Source: Mustelus asterias (lineage: Eukaryota). From it: a DNA stretch of 64,000 nt. Positions within the stretch are counted from its first letter, which is position 1. Every line of letters starts with the position of its first letter. Below the pieces are notes generated by a model, which was not told the origin of the DNA, made no database searches, and saw only the letters and a list, made by a program, of their open reading frames with translations. The translations under genes and the position numbers were made by a program. The stretch spans positions 69,936,001 to 70,000,000 of the forward strand of contig NC_135804.1 of assembly GCF_964213995.1 (NCBI RefSeq). The letters are read 5' to 3'. This document shows, piece by piece, positions 23,426 to 38,189 of this stretch.

Positions 23426-24459
23426 GTAAGATTTCAGATATAATCATATAAATTTACAGTTTTGCAAAACGTTATTTCACTCAGCCTTTCGGTGCAGCCT
23501 CTTTGAAAGAGCTGTCAGATCTATTACGCCGACAGCAGCATTTCTCCCACAACCGGCAAATCAGAATCATTAGCCTTTACATCCAATTGCCTTTTGGAAA
23601 TAGCTATATAAATTATTTCCAGCAAAATTTCAGGCAGTACGTTCTAAATCTTCACAATCTCGGGTTGGAAAATAATTCTCCCCACAGCCCCTTTATTATT
23701 TGCCAATGGTTTTCGATTCAGAACTATTCATGAGACCCACTTTTTGCAGAACACATTTTCCCCTAATTGATAAAATACACCTGTCATAGTTTTGCAAACT
23801 TTCCGTTCGATCTCACCTTAACATTTTCCTATTCTGTTGAAAAGAACCATAGTTCCAAATCTCGCCACGTAGCCGAAGGCCCTCATCCTTGTTAAACCTG
23901 GAAAACATCCTTTGTTATTCTCTCCGAGACATTGGCATTATTCCTAATATGAATTGTACACTGTACATTTGTATGACTTCCATGTATACAATGGTTCACT
24001 CGCACGGCTAATTATCCGAAAATTTTCACTGATCAACATTTCAACTTCCCAACCACCATTTGAAGATCTATAGGTATCTCAGAATTTACATTGCCTGAGA
24101 TTATCTACGTTGATTTAAGCAAAATGCACACTTCATAATTATTTGCATTAAATTGCACTTGCCAGTTGTGACCACTTTCCCTGTTCTATGAAGTGCTGAA
24201 GTCTGCTGCTATCGTCATAATAGTGACCAATGTTGTAGGATTTATAATCTTCAAATTGTACTCCCATATCATATAAAGAAATAGTCCTAATGTTGAACCC
24301 AGATCCAGTCAAAAACAACAACTTACCACTGCTCTCTACTACCTATAATTTAGCCAATAATGTATCTAAAGTGCCACCGTTCATCAAATCCCAAGTGGTT
24401 ATTTAAACATAATAAAAGCACCCCTCGACATTTTTATTTTGGTTCATAATACTTATTTT

Positions 24460-27400
24460 TCTTATTCATTCACAGGATGTGGATGTCGCTGGCTAGACCA
24501 GCATTTATTGCCCACCCCCAATTAGCCTTGAGAAGGTGGCGGTGAGCTGTCTTCTTGAATCACGACAGTTCTTGTGCTGTAGGACTGTTACTTCTGTTAG
24601 GGAGGGAGTCCCTGGATTTTGACCCAGTGACGATGAGCCAACGGCGATATAATTCTAAGTTAGGATGGTGTGTACAAATGGCGCTGCCCCATGCACCTGT
24701 TGCCTTTATACTTATGGAGGTAGACGTCGTTGAGTTTGAAAGGTGCTGCTGAGGAGAGGTTTTGCAGTGCATCTTGTAAATGTACAACCACTGCTGCAAC
24801 CATTCATGACTCCTGGTGGGGTTCTTTGAGAAAGTAAGAAGCAACGTGGATGGAGAGGAATCTGAGGATGTGTTGTGTTTAGATTTCCAAAGGCATTTGA
24901 CAAAATGCCATGGTAAAGATTCTTACCCAAAATAAGAGTACATACTAGCATGAATCCAAGATTGGCTATCTAGTAAGAAGCAGATAGTAAGTATAAATTG
25001 ACCGTTTTTGGGTTGGCAAAATGTGTAGAGTAGACTATCACAGGGATTAGTATTTGTGTCTCATCTATTTCCATTTTTCTATCAATGACTTGGATTAAGG
25101 GACCAAATACACAGTTGTGAAATCTGCTAATGCCACAAAGATAGGTAGGGAAGTAGGATAGCATGTGTTTGCTGAGTCGACAAAATAGCACATGGAATCA
25201 TGTGAGGAAAATGTGAATGTATCCACTTTGGCAGGAAGATTTGCAAAACAGTAAATTATTCAAATAGAGAGCGATTGCAGAACTCTGAGGTACAGAGGGA
25301 CTTGGCTGCCCTGATTCTTGAATCACAAAAGATTAGCATTCAGATGCAATAGACGATTAAGAAGGCAGATGGAATATTGTAATTTATTGCAAGAGGAGTT
25401 GATTATGAAGGGAAGGATGTTTTGCTGAAGCTTTACAAGGCGATGGTGGAACCACATCTGGAAAACTATGTCCAGTTGTGGTCTCCATATTTATAGAAGG
25501 GTGGAAATGCTTTATAAGTTCAGATAAGGTCCAATCAAGGTCCACTCCTAGGGTGGGGAAAGGTTGAATAAGTTTGGCTTGTATTCATTGCAGTTTACAA
25601 GAATAAGAGGATATCTTACTGAAACATATGATCCCGAGGAGAATTGACAGGGTGCATGCTGAGAGGATGGTTCCCGTTGTGGTAGAGACTAGGAACCCAA
25701 TTTAAAATGATGGGGTCTCCCGTTTAACATTGGGATGAGGAGATTTGTTTATCTCTCAGAGGGTCATTAGATTTTGGAACTTATTTCCCAAGAGACCTGT
25801 GAAGGTAGGGTCAACGATGTCATTGTTGTAGCTGTGCTGGAACAGATTGCCTAGAGGCACAAATAGTTCTGGAAATCAAGTTTTCAAGTACCGCTGCCAG
25901 AGGTTGTCAGGGCCCACAGCCTTTTCAGTATTCATCAGCTGTTTCTTGATATTGTATGAAGTGAATCAAATTGGATCTATACTAGAACCTGTGATGCTGG
26001 AGAGTTCAGGACAAGCCCAAATGAATCCTCAGTTCAGGTAAACGTTGTCTCAATCACTCGATCCTAGTATTTTGCACTGATAATTCTGTCAGTCCCGCAT
26101 AATTGAGGATAGGGAAATTTGTTTATCCTCCTTCTTTGTTTAGTTATTTAATTACCCACCACTATTCTCAATGATTGTGGCAGGACTACAGAGATTAGAT
26201 CTGATTTGTTTGTTGTGGGATCTCTCAGTTGTGTCTATCGTATGCTTTTTTCACCCTTTGATATGTAACTGAAACTGGTTCTTTAGCATCACCATGTTTT
26301 CACCTCATTTGGATTGTTGCTCCTGATATTCCCTCCTGCACTCTTCACTGAACGAGGTTTGATCCCCGGGTTTGATTCCATTGGTATGGTGGGGAAATGC
26401 CAAGCCCTGATGTTGAATATAATTCTGTTGCTAATGAAGCATAATGCCCTATGGATGCCATGTTCTGAGTTATTGAAAATTAATTCATAGAGTTGGGTAT
26501 CGTGGACAATGCCAGCATTTATTACCCATTCTTAATTACTATTGCACAGGTGGTCTTGAGTTGCCTTCTTGGATTGTTGTAGTCCATGGGGTGTAGGTAT
26601 ACGCACGGTGCTATTAGGGTGGGAGTTCCAGGACTTTGAACCATCGACAGTGAAGGAACAAAGATATAATTCGATGTTAGGGTAGGGATGGCTAGGAGGA
26701 GAACTTATAAGTGTTGCTCGGTCTGTTGAAAATCTATCTCATCCAGCACAGTGATAGTGCTAGACAGCAATATTGAAGACGGACTTCACCTCCACAAGGA
26801 CTGTGCAGTGCTCATTTCCAATACTGGCATGTGCAGATACATCTGTGTTAGATGGTTTGTTCAGGCCAAGATGATTTAGGATATTTTCCCCATATTAGCT
26901 GCCTCATCGTATATTGCCAACCTAGTCTAGCAGCTGCGTCCTTTAGGACACAATTAGCTCGAACTGAGGTGCTGGTTTCAAAGCAGGCTTTCCGTCTATC
27001 ATTGAAGTCCCGCACCAGGGTACATTCTGTGACATTGCCACATGCAGGGTGCATTCTGTGACATTGCCACATGCAGGGTGCATTCTGTGACCTTGCCTCT
27101 TGTTCATCATGGAGGAATACTGATTCATCAGCTGAGGCAGGCGGTGAGGGGTGTTGTCAGGAGGAGGTTTCCCTGTCCATCTTTGCCCCGATACCATGAG
27201 ACTTAATGGAGTCAGAAATGATGAGGACTCCTGGGGCAATTCTCTCTCCTGACTGAATGTCACTTGCTGCCACTTCTGATGTGCCTGCTGTGCAGTGGGA
27301 CATGACATATCCAGGGATGGTGATGTCTGGAACATTTCCTTTAAGAAATGATTCGGTGAGTATGACTGTCAGGCTGTTGCTTGACTGGTCTGTGAGACAG

Positions 27401-28080
27401 CTCTCCAAATTTTGCCACAAGCCCCCAGATGTTAGTATGGATGACATTGCAGGGTCAATAAGGTTGTTGTCAGTGCTTAAATCAATGCCGAGCCGTCCGT
27501 TCGGTTTCAGTCCTCTTTGACTTTCAAGCAGTTTGTTACAACTCAGTGACTTGCTGGAACATTTCAGAGAACATTTAAGAGAGAGCTTTGGGCCTGCAAT
27601 TGCATGTAGGCCAGATCAGGTTTCCTTTCCTAAAGGTGAAGCATATTGGTATTTCTGACAAAATTAATTCCAAATTCTAATAATTGAATTTAAATTCCAC
27701 CAGCTAGTTTGGTGGGATTTGAACTCATCCCCAGTGCATTAGCTTGGATCTCTTGATTGCTAGCCCAGTAATATTATCTGACACGGTTGGGATGTTTCCT
27801 CTTGTGAGTGAGTCCTGAGCTAGGGGAGACTGTTTTAAAATTAGGCGTTGTCCTTTTAGGACAACGATTAGCATCTTTATTTTCTCCTTAAAACATATCA
27901 ACTCAGAAAGCCATTGAATATTTTAAAGATGGATGTGGATAGATTCTTGTTAGGAAAGGGAATCAAAGGTTATCGGGGTAAATGGGAATGTCGACTTCAA
28001 AACACAAACAGATCAACCAGGATCAAATTACGGAGCAGGCTCGAGGGTCAAATGGCCCACGTATGCTCCTTTTTCGTATG
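24460..28080. mobile_element. Cluster of decayed LINE fragments (CR1 + strand ~24790-25810; unclassified APE-RT LINE pieces on - strand)
   Basis: Degenerate DFQKAFD / PHLE-type and DITIPGY-type translations with many stops. Confidence 0.6.
27016..27097. repeat. 29-bp tandem repeat, ~2.8 copies
   Basis: CAGGGT(A/G)CATTCTGTGACATTGCCACATG units starting at 27016, 27045, 27074. Confidence 0.9.
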
Positions 28081-28217
28081 TCCGTACCCATACGCAGCCG
28101 CCTGTACCTTAATACAAATGACCGGAAAGATTGAATGTTTGCTTTGTTTCAGAGGTTGATTATACTGAATTGAATAGTGTAGTGTTTTTATTTATACAAT
28201 TCATTTAATTCTTGCAG

Positions 28218-28328
28218 GCGATCAGAGCACCAATTTCTTATTGATTTCTGCATCGGCAGGAGGCGGGTTCGTTCTCCTGATGTTGGGTCTCATTATTGTG
28301 ACGCATTGTGTCACAAAGAAAAATAATG
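28218..28328 (+). CDS. Gene A exon 4: transmembrane (uncharged)
   Basis: cttgcag| acceptor; DQSTNFLLISASAGGGFVLLMLGLIIVTHCVTKKNN; phase 1/1, donor gtaaga. Confidence 0.85.
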
Positions 28329-28955
28329 GTAAGAAATAATTTCTCCTTTTCACTCAAGTAAGCGCATCTTTTAAAGAGGGCGGGGGGGGGGGGGGGCGGA
28401 GAGCGAGGGGAAAAGTTCTGTTACAGGTAAAGAGGAAGTTGTTTGCAACTGAACAGTGCAAACAATATCCTGTCACACAGAAGCAGAGGCGATTGCTGAT
28501 TATAGCCGCTTGTCCCGATATTTGGCGTACGTGCAATCTCTCACAGTCACTCCTGGTGGCTTAATTTATATAGATCAGGCTAGAGAAGTCAGTGATCCCC
28601 AAAGGCATATCCGCAAATACGTAGCAAAAGTCTCGCACACAATATCCTGGGTACAACAATAGGCATAGGGGCCATATTTTAGGAGCATTTGACTGGTGTG
28701 ACACAGCTGCAAGTTCAAAAGACTAATAAAAATTGCCCTGAAAATCAATGATTTTCAAGTATCAAAGTTCTACAAAAATGTCTAACCCAACACCAGACAT
28801 TTGAGAGTCGTGGGTAAAACGACATCATAAGACAATTCAATGGATAAATTTAATGCTGTGAAATACATTTCTTTTTTCAAATTACTTTGTTTCAGTTCAT
28901 TTAGACACTAGAAATTTCCAATATTGAACCAAAATGTTGGTCGCAAAATATTCAC

Positions 28956-29273
28956 GCAGTACGGTGGCACAGTGGTTAGCACTGCTGCCTCATAACGCCA
29001 GGGACCCGGGTTCAATTTCAAGCCTTGGGTCATTGCCTGTGTGGAGTTTGCACATTCGCCCGTGCCTGTGTGGGTTTCCTCCGGGTGCTCCGGTTTCCTA
29101 TCACAGTCCAAAGATGTGCAGGTTAGGTTGATTTGCCCTGCTAAATTGACCTTAGAGTCAGGGGGATTAGCAGGGTAAATATGTGGGGTTACGGGAGTAG
29201 GGACTGGAAGGGATTGTGGTCGGTGCAGATTCGACGGGCTGAATGGCCTCCTTCTGTACTGTAGGGATTCTAT
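28956..29273 (+). mobile_element. V-domain SINE (HE1-type)
   Basis: A/B boxes, central domain, CR1-like tail. Confidence 0.9.
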
Positions 29274-29539
29274 AGGTTCCAACACTGAGTTAGTTAATAT
29301 GTATTTTTAAGCACGATCGGTGTGGCATTAGATTTGATTTTTTTTATTTTGGGTGGAATTTTCCAAATCCTTCAGCCACCACAAGAGCCAATCACTCAGC
29401 GAGTGCTTTTATTGGAAAATCTGCTTTCGTTGCCTGCAATTTTACGTTATTTTACTGAGCGTAAAATTGTTTATTCTGCCCACGCGATTTCCGAAGTAGA
29501 CTCTCGCTGCACGGCCGGCATCAGAACAACTTACTTAGA

Positions 29540-29859
29540 AATCATGGAATCCGACAGTGCAGAAAGAGGCCATTCGGCTCATCGAGTCTGCACCAACCAC
29601 AATCCCACCCAGGCCCTATCCCCACATATTTACCCACTAATCCATGCACCCCGGACACTAAGGGCAATTTAGAATGGCCAATCAACCTAGCCCGCACATC
29701 TTTGGACGGTGGGAGGGAACCGGAGCACCCGGAGGAAACCCACGCAGACACAGGGAGAATGTGCAAACTCCACACAGACAGTGATCCCAGCTGGGATTCG
29801 AACCCAGGTCCCTGGAGCTGTGAAGCAGCAGTGCTAACAACTGTGCTACCGTGCCGCCC
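29540..29859 (-). mobile_element. V-domain SINE (HE1-type)
   Basis: Reverse complement of the same family. Confidence 0.9.
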
Positions 29860-29979
29860 TTCCTACTGTCAAACCTGATTGGAAACCAAACCTGTCATTT
29901 TATATTTTACACTGAATCTACACGAAGTTTATTTCTAGGCTCAGTAAATGCTCATTGTAAAGTCTTCAATAATTCCTAG

Positions 29980-30023
29980 GTATGCAGAAAGATGGTGAAA
30001 GATGTCATTATCTGGAACAGCAG
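29980..30023 (+). CDS. Gene A exon 5: short cytoplasmic exon GMQKDGERCHYLEQQ
   Basis: ttcctag| acceptor, CAG|gtatgt donor; 44 nt converts phase 1 to phase 0 as the last exon requires. Confidence 0.7.
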
Positions 30024-30879
30024 GTATGTTTCTATAATTCATTCTAATACATCGCAAATGTTAATATATACAAGTGATGTAATCAATTTACGGCAATAAA
30101 CGTTTATGTTTTATTCCATCGATGCACCAATTCATTCGAAGTAGCGCAATGCGAATTCTGCATTTAAGTCATTTCCAATAGATCAGAGATGCCTGAATTG
30201 TCTACCTGAATTATAACTGTATCTGCCTGAATTGTAACTGTATCCGCTGGCTGCGAATAAGCATATTGCATAAAACTGAACATCCATTTTAATGAACAGG
30301 TAAAGAAAAACACTACTTTGTCTGTACACAGCGGGCAATGTGATGACGGCTGTACAGCACCCATTAACAAATTGCAAACTGTGTCACATGATTTCATCCG
30401 ACTGTGATATTTTGAATTCAGTTTTCATCAATCTATCTCATCAATATACGACAGCAGCAAGAATATCCATCAAGTTGTGCTCCCTCAAGAACCTAATTGG
30501 TTCATTAAAGTCTGACAGCAAAGCACATCTACCGTATTTAAATGACAGGCGTCCACACTGTATAGGTTAACTCTTAACTCCCTTCTGAAATTTCCGGATA
30601 TGCCCATCACCGACTTCTCAAGACATCCAAGTTTAGGCAATCAAACCTGGCCCAGTCAGCAGATCCAGAAATTGAGAGTTAGTTCAAAATGCTGTCGAAG
30701 TTGTCAGTTTTTCTTTAATGTTCCCACGCGTGCCCAGGCAATGGAACTGCATTTGGGATCAATTTGCCACAGTGAGAATAACCACAAGGAGGCAGGTACC
30801 AGGAAATTGGCATTCGCTCCCATTGCCTTATCCTCCCATCAAATAATCCAACTGAATTTGGAACAGTCCCAACGAATGC

Positions 30880-31540
30880 AAAGGAAGAGTATTATTTAAA
30901 TAGCGATATATTGGGAATTTTGGATGCACAAAGGGATCTGAGTGTCCTTGTACACCAGTCAATGAAAGTGCAGAGACAGGTGTAGCAAGCAGTTAGGAAG
31001 GCAAATGGACTTTATTGCAAGAGGACTTGAGTTGTGAAGTATGGATGTCTTGCTGCAGTTATACGGTGCCTTGGTAAGACCACACCTGGAGTATTGTGTA
31101 CAGTTTTGTTCTCCCCACCTAAGAAAGGATATACTTGCCATGGAGGGAGTGCAGCAGAACTTCTTAGGCAGATACCGGGTTTGGTAGGACTGTCCTCTTA
31201 GGAGAGATTGGTTCAAATTGACCTGTATTCGCTGGAAATTGGAACGATGAGAGGAAATCTGATTGAAACATATAAAATTCTGACAAAGCTAGACAGACGA
31301 GATGCAAGAGAAGATGTTTTCCCTGGTTGGGGAATCTAGGATGGGGGCACAGTGTCAGTACATAGGGTCGACCATTTAGGACTGAGATAAATAGATCTAT
31401 CTTCACACAAACGCTAGCGAACCTGTGGAAATTTCTACTACAGAAGGCTGTGGAGGCGAAGTCACTGAGTGTATTCAAGAAAGATTTTTTTAGATTTTAA
31501 TGGTTTCAATGGATATAGGGAAAAAGCAGGGATGTGGCAT
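30880..31540 (+). mobile_element. Decayed CR1 3' fragment
   Basis: RPHLEYCVQF-type sequence with stops. Confidence 0.75.
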
Positions 31541-31559
31541 TAAGATCGAGGATCCACCT

Positions 31560-34500
31560 TGGAAACATAGAAAACAGAAGCAGGAGTTGGCCATTCAGCC
31601 CATCGAGCCTGCTCAGCAATTCATTGTGATTATGGCTGATCATCAAACTCAATATCCTGATCGCACCTTCCCCCATATCCCTTGATCCCTATACCAAAGA
31701 GGTATATCTAATTTCTTTTTGAAATCACCCAATCTCTGGGTGAAGAAATTTCTCCTCATCTCAGTCCTAAAAGATTTACCCCATATGCTCTCATGATAAC
31801 CCCTCGATCTGCACTGCCCACCATCGGGAAAAAAATTTCCGAATCTACCCTGCCTAACCCTGTCAGAATTTTATATGTTTCTATGAGATCCCCTCTCACG
31901 CTTCTAAACTCTAATGAATATAATCTTAACTGACTGAGTCTTGCCTCATATTACAGACCTGCTATCTCAGGAATCAGTCTGGTAAACATTTGTTGCGCTC
32001 CCTCTATAGCAAGAACATTTTTCCTCAGATAAGGATACCAAAACAGCACACAATACTCCAAGTGTGGCCTCAACAATGCCCCTGTACAATTATAATCAAA
32101 TGCTCTTGCCATGAAAACCAACATACCATATGCCTTTTTAACTGCCTGCTCTACCTGCGCACTTACTTTCAGTAACTGATGCATGAGGACACCAAGGTCT
32201 CGCTGATGATCCATCCCTCAATTTACAACCATTCAAATAACCTTATATTGATTCATATTATGCTGCATCTGTCACGCATATTCCCACTCACTCAGCCTGT
32301 CGAAATCACGCTGAAGCATCTCTATATCCTCTTCACAGCTCACCCTTCCACTCAACTTTGTATCATCTGAAAGCTTGGAGATAATGCATTTATTTTCCTC
32401 TTCCAAATCATTAATATATAACGTGATCAGTTGAGAATTCTAGCACAGATTCTTGTCGCACCCGACTAGCCACTGCCTGCCATTCAGAAAAAGACCCATT
32501 TATGCCAACTGTTTGTTTCCTATCTGCTAACCAGCTTTCTATCCATCTCAAGACATTACCAATAATCCTATTTGTTTTAATGTTACACAGTAGTCTGCTA
32601 TGTGAGAACTTGCCGAAAGCCTTCTGAACGTCTAAATAAGCCACATTCACCAGTTCTCCTTGGTCAACTCTATTAGTTACATCCTCAAAAATTCCAATAG
32701 ATCCATCAGGAATTATTTCTTCTTTGTCTGATTATGCCATTGCTTTCCAAATGCTCAACTATAAAATCCAATTCTAGCAACTTCGCCAGTACTGACGTTA
32801 GGCTGACTGGTCTATAGTTCGCTGTTTGCTCTCTCCCTCCCTTTTTGAAGAGACACAATTTCCAGGGCCACTTCGTTAAGTAGTCTGGCATGAACATTAT
32901 CAATTCCTGGAGATTTATCCAGTTTCAATCCCATCAGTTACCCCAAAACCATTTACCTACTAACACTGATTTCCATCAGCGCCTCACGAAAATCTGTTTT
33001 CTCTCAGGACCTCTGGTACATTATTTATATCTTCCTTTGTGAAGGCAGAAGCAAAGTATGAATTTAGTTCCTCAGCCATTTCTTTGTTCCCTGTCATGAA
33101 TTCTCCCATTTCTGGGTGTAAGGGGCCTACATTCGTTTTTGTGAACCTTATAGAACCTTTTACAGTCAGTTCTTATGTTCCCTGCTAATTTACTTTCATA
33201 TTCTATTTTTTCCCTTCTCAATCAATGCATTGGTCTTCCTTTGCTGAAATTTAAACTGTTCCCAATATTCAGGTCTATTGCTTTTTTTGCCAATTTGATC
33301 CCGGAGATGAGGGGTTTGGATTATGAGGAGAGGCTGAGGAGATTGGGTTTGTACTCGTTGGAGTTTAGAAGGATGAGGGGGGATCTTATGGAGACTTATA
33401 AGATAATGCGGGGGCCGGATAGGGTGGAGGCGGAGAGATTCTTTCCACTTAGTAAGGAAGTTAAAACTAGAGGACACAGCCTCAAAATAAAGGGGGGTCG
33501 GTTTAAGACAGAGTTGAGGAGGAACTTCTTCTCCCAGAGGGTGGTGAATCTCTGGAATTCTCTGCCCACTGAGGTGGTGGAGGCTACCTCGCTGAATATG
33601 TTTAAAGCGCGGATGGATGGATTCCTGATCGGTAAGGGAATTAAGGGTTATGGGGATCAGGCGGGTAAGTGGTACTGATCCACGTCAGATCAGCCATGAT
33701 CTTATTGAATGGCGGGGCAGGCTCGAGGGGCTAGATGGCCTACTCCTGCTCCTATTTCTTATGTTCTTATGTTCTTATGTATGCTTCTTCATTGAATCTT
33801 ATACGATCTCCAATTTCCCATGTAAGCTATGATTTGGCCACAGTTCCATTACCAATCATGGAATAACAGGAATAAGCAACTTAAATGCCTACCATTGCCT
33901 GTCCACTGTATTCCTTTTCAATAATACTCCCCAGTCCATTATCACCAATTCATGTCTTATACCATTATAGTTACCTTTATTGAAATTCAGGACCCTGGTC
34001 TCAGAATCAATCATGTCACTATCCACCTTGGCAAAAATTCTATTATATTATGGTCACATCCCCAAGGACTTGTTCACTACTAGATTGCAAATGAATCCTT
34101 TCTCATTACACAATACACAGCCCAAGATGGCCTGTTCCTTGTTGGTTGCTCAACATATTGGTCCAGAAAACCATCCCGTACACACTCCAGATATTCCTCC
34201 TCTTTTTTACTGTGATTAATTTGATGCTCCTAATCTGTATGCAGGTGAAAGTCACCCAAAATCACAGATGTTCATTTAACACATGCAAATCTGATTTCCT
34301 GTCTAATGCTACTCCCAACATTGCCACTGCAGTTTGCTGTTCTGTATACCACATCCACCAATGTTTTTCTTCCCCCTTCGTGTTTCTTAACACAACCCAT
34401 ACAGATTCCACATCGTCTGTGCCAATAATATCTTTCCTCAATATCATATTAATATTTTCTTTGATCAGCAATACAACTCCACCCTCTTTTCCTTCCTGAC

Positions 34501-35165
34501 TGTCCTTCTTAAAGATTGAATAACCTTCAATGTTTAGTGCCAATCCTTTGTCAACTTGGAACCATGTCTCTGTCATTCCAACTATACCATACCCGTTTAC
34601 ATCCATCTGTGCTACTAATTCATCCATTGTTTTAATGCTCTGAACGTTAGGTGAGCCCTTTTAAAATTATTTGCCCATTCCCACAACTATTTTTTACCAT
34701 GTTCTTACCTGAATCTGGCCCTTGATTTCTCTGCCTATCACTTTTCTTATTCTATTTGCAGTCTTTTTCACTTGAACTTGCTTCCCCCTGCTTTGAATCC
34801 TTACTTAGATCCCCATCTCCCAGTCACTTCCCAATCACTGTAGCAAGAATTGTAGCCCCCCCCCCCCCACCCCCCTCCCCCACTCCCAAGGAAACAAGTC
34901 CTGCTCAGGTCCTGCTCAGGTCCCACCGCTCCATCCCAATGCCTCAGGAATCTGAAACCCTCCCCCTCACACCACATTTTTAGCCGTGTATTTATCTGGC
35001 TGTTTCTACTCTGATTGGCATGTGGCACGAGTAGTAATTCTGCGATAACTACCTTTGGGATCCTACTTTTCAGCTTGTTTCTTAGCTCCCTATATTCTGT
35101 TTATAGGACCCTTTTTTACCATTGTGATTTGTTCCAACGTGAACCACGATCACTGGCTGTTCACC
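31560..35165 (-). mobile_element. Old CR1 (ORF1 end, APE, RT pieces) interrupted by a younger CR1
   Basis: NYRPVSLTSV, YLDVQKAF, TETW/GGV APE motifs and WCEGEGFRF ORF1 motif on the minus strand. Confidence 0.75.
33296..33780 (+). mobile_element. Young 5'-truncated CR1
   Basis: Open ORF2 C-terminus and (TTCTTATG)3 tail. Confidence 0.9.
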
Positions 35166-36810
35166 CGTGATCATATTGAATGATGGAGCAGACTCAATGG
35201 ACTGCTTGTCCTACTGCTGCTCCGTTTCTGTTTTTTTTTATTCAATCGTGGGACATAGGCATAGCTGGCTGGCCAGCATGCATTGCACATTCCTAGTTGT
35301 CCTCGCTCAGAGGGTAGTTGAGAGTCAACCACATTGCCTGTGGCTCTGGAGTCACCTGAAGGCCAGACCAGGTAAGGATGGAAGATTTCTTTCCTAAAGG
35401 ACATTAGTGAACCAGGTGGGTTTTTCTGTCAATTGACAGTGGTTTCATGGTATTTAGTAGATTCTTAATTCCAGATATTTTTATTGAATTCAAATTTCAC
35501 CACCTGCTGTGGCGGGTTTTGAACCCAAAGCATTAGCTGGGTTTCTGGGTTAGTAATCTAACCATAATGCCACTAGGCCATCACCTGCCCCTATATTTTT
35601 GTATTTGCCTTCAACCTTATTGCATTGATGGAGCCAGCGAGTTTGGTGAAACTTGGAGAAACCTGTTGCAATTGACGGTACTGTGTCTGCCATAGTTCCC
35701 ATTTATTATAATGAATGGACAGAAATATGTTGCCATTTAGTCCATGTTTTGCAATACATACCGCCTACACCATCAAATTACTGGTCCAGGCAAACAAGCA
35801 ACATTTCAGAATATCACCCAGTCAATAGCTGAATACAATAATTATTTTTCTGTGATAGGTTTCACACTTGCGTTACAATTGTATCCCTAATTCCATTGCT
35901 TCTTCCTGCTTAATTCATCAGAGTCTAGCTGAGTGCAATGCGACGGAAATACCTATAGATAAAAAAAGATACATAATTAGATAATTATTATTATAGATGT
36001 CGATGTGGATATTGTGACATTGTGGATGAATTAAAATCTCAAAGTAAGACTTTATATTTAGTCTGGAATTTCTCTGTCCTGTTGCAAGATAAACTGTTTT
36101 GTCCCACATTGTGACCATTAATTGTAGATTTCTATTTGTGGATGGTCTGAACATTGGAAGTGGTCTGATTGCTGGCCAGGCTCCTTTCTCTCACCCTATG
36201 TTAATTCAATTCCAGCCAGGCGATAATTGCTGCAGAAATTTTCCAATTATGCTTAAAGTTGAATTTCGTAAAATAATATCAGTGGATTCCCTACTTTTGC
36301 TGTAACATCCATATGAATTCAACAGTGGCTCCCATCAATGGAATATAGGGAGCAACTGTGACCCCTCATTTTGTTCCTTTATTTCCCTGATCAGGAGATT
36401 TCTCAGGATTCCATTAATCTCAACAGAATACTCGGAAAAATCCCACAGCACTGAATGAAAGAATATCTTCAACCATCTATGCTGTTTCTCTCAGGATACT
36501 GCTAGCCACCCAGACAAGAATGGTCAGGAGACAAGTCGTATGTTTGTGGAATTTTGCAGATAGATTTCTGTGTTTTCCCGATGCCAGATCATTAAGCAAT
36601 GTTTGGGCAGGGCACCCAAATGGAAATCCGGTGGGTGGGATACCGCCACCACATTTCAATGTTAGGAAAATGCGCCAAATTCTGTTCTCAGCAGTGACTC
36701 CACTAGATTTTCCATTCGGCGCTCAGTGCTGACAATGCTTAAAGCCCAGATGGTAAATCTCTGAAGCTCTGATCACCCTCCCACAAACTATTTATTTTTG
36801 GTAATAAGAC

Positions 36811-37649
36811 TGTTGGAGACCAGGGCAGAAACTCCAAGGTATATTGTAAATTTAGCCTAGACCCCAACTTTTTGTGATTTGGCAATAGTGGGAATACAAG
36901 GTGTTCCACTGCAGGTCTGATAGCTTTTATGAAAACAAGCTTTATTTAACAAGATCGTTAAAATATGACAAAAAGAATGAACATAACTTTTAACAGTTGA
37001 AATACTTAACCATGATAAAATATAAATCTGAAGTATTTTTTATTACTTCCAATTTTAGCAACAACCACAAATATGTATTTTTTCTTCAGAATCAGTTAGC
37101 AAGGCACAGAGGCTTAAGTGAATTCCCAATGCTCCAGCTTTTTAATCCCTCTGGTCAGAGATACAGAGAGAGATACACGTCTTTGATTCTCAGATAGCAG
37201 CCTCCAGAGGAAAATCTGTCTTCACACAGCAGAACTCCAATGAGCGAGAGTGAGAAAACACCTCTTGCCTATTTCAGAACTCTGGAGAGAGATACCTTCA
37301 ATTTCTGAAAACAGAGAGAGGGCAAAAGAACAACTGCTGTTTTCAAATTCAAACTGCAACTGCCTTCTTTATCCTTTCTGTAAGCCTTGCCCTATCCACT
37401 CCACTTGTCAATTAACATGATGAAACACTACTCTGAAACCACAGGTAACACATCAAAGAACATCAACAATGCATTAGCCCAGATTAAAACAAGTGCTCCA
37501 ATAATTAGAAGCAATTAACCTTATGCAGTATCAGCAAGTGGGCTGTGAATTGTGAATAGTTGGCATCGTAATTAGAGTTGAAGTATAAAACAGTCCTTTC
37601 AGAAGAAACATGACACAAATACATTTCTTAAAGGCACAGTATCGTCACG
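36811..37649 (-). mobile_element. Solo LTR with 4-bp target-site duplication (AGAC)
   Basis: TGTTGG...GTCACG (CA mutated to CG) flanked by AGAC at 36807-36810 and 37650-37653; minus-strand AATAAA ~36940. Confidence 0.6.
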
Positions 37650-38189
37650 AGACTCGGTCCACCCTCTGGGTACTGGTGCCGGAGGGATGGGACTCTGCCG
37701 GGATGCAATGGAAAGTAGTGATTTCATTTAATTCTGGATTCTGGGCATTCTGCAGAGGGAGTACATGACAAGAGGTTTTTTTTAAATTGTCTTTCAGTTC
37801 ATTCAGGGACCTGTCGAAATGTTGCCACCTTATGCTGCACCAGATACGACCAAATCCCAAAAAACTCCAAGACATCAAGAATAGGCACCATACATCCAGG
37901 TAGGATCGAGCAAAGACGCGGAATGCGTAATTAACAAGTAGTGTATGGGAAAATACATTTAATACTGCTTTGCTACTTCTGTTTGCGTTAGCACTAATTC
38001 TGAGACACTCCCGCTATTATGTCAGTTATAGCTCCGTTTGGCTTCAGAGCCACAAGATTGTAGGATATAGCCTACTCAGGAGACTTGAGAGTAAAGTATA
38101 ATTTGGCACTCCTGTGCATTACTGAGGGAAGTCTGCATTACCTGAAGTACCGTATTTCAAAGGAGACGTTAGACTGAGACTCTAGTTAT

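Noticed and set aside
27016-27097. CRISPR-like 29-bp repeats
   Set aside because: No spacers, eukaryotic context, no cas genes
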